Shown in pieces: positions 63,413 through 64,000 of a DNA stretch of 64,000 nucleotides. Positions within the stretch are counted from its first letter, which is position 1. Each line of letters starts with the position of its first letter. The translations under genes and the position numbers were made by a program. The notes below the pieces were generated by a model. That model ran no database searches, was not told the DNA's origin, and saw only the letters and a program-made list of their open reading frames with translations. The DNA is from Tubiluchus corallicola (Eukaryota; Animalia; Priapulida): NCBI GenBank assembly GCA_030141605.1, contig JAQGDQ010000966.1:10864-74863 (forward strand), written 5' to 3'.

Positions 63413-64000
63413 GTTATAACTGTTATTAGCCTGAAAAAATCTGCCGTTATGTTGGAAATTTAAGAATTGCGTTTAGAAATTTGATATCAGATAGGATGCG
63501 GCATGAATTCAGTGGCAAGGAACACAAAAACCAAACAATGAGATTGTCGAGATGAACACAAGATGTATTTGGTTTAATTTTCAAATGTGTGCTTGCAAAC
63601 CAAAACCGTCTGCATGTCGACATAGTTAAAACTACATTATGATGCTTCGAAGTAGAATGTATCGATGTTTGGGCAAATAAACAAACACTAAACATATTAT
63701 CAAATAATCAAAAAAATGTCCAAAAAAATACCAAAGATCTAATTTTATAATGCCTTACCCACCTTCCTGTATAGAAACCAGTACTGCAATTGTAAAAAAC
63801 TTGAATTTTCAAACTCCGATTGTAGCTCGTGGAAGCTGTCATTTTGCTATAAGTTTTTCCAGTTTGCCAAGCCCGGATCTTCATCCGGAAGAGCCATCTG
63901 CTGGAGTAAAATATAACTTCAATATGTCCTTGCAAAGTCCGTAGCAACTAACATTTGTGCGTTGCTAAGTGTTTTGCAGAAACACGACAAAAAACAATGG

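Overview
AT-rich, repeat-dense, intron-rich animal (probably invertebrate) nuclear DNA; most ORFs in the track are spurious. Three host loci were reconstructed by hand from splice sites and reading phase. (1) Minus strand, 18433 to 2073 and probably continuing off the left edge: the 5' part of the mitochondrial RNA polymerase gene POLRMT (8 exons, 438 codons: targeting peptide, long N-terminal extension, PPR region). (2) Plus strand, 21184-22426: a BTB-BACK-(MATH-like) gene with an intronless CDS and one frameshift. (3) Plus strand, 31965 to beyond 62169: the 5' part of the ciliary WD40/coiled-coil gene CFAP43 (23 phase-consistent exons, 937 codons) with an X-box-like promoter motif. Mobile DNA includes a defective THAP/P-element with 63-bp TIRs and an 8-bp TSD, a 5'-truncated CR1-type LINE with an open RT frame, non-autonomous Helitrons, Tigger/pogo, hAT and piggyBac-like MITEs, and a 5S-rRNA-headed bipartite RTE SINE plus a headless sibling. 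There is also an orphan exon of ANKHD1/mask. The most unusual pattern is that four unrelated CFAP43 exons each carry an intronic tandem array made of copies of their own splice junction. Other oddities are a 5S-derived minisatellite and an inverted duplication bracketing exons 13-16. Gene names rest on recalled sequence similarity, not on database searches.
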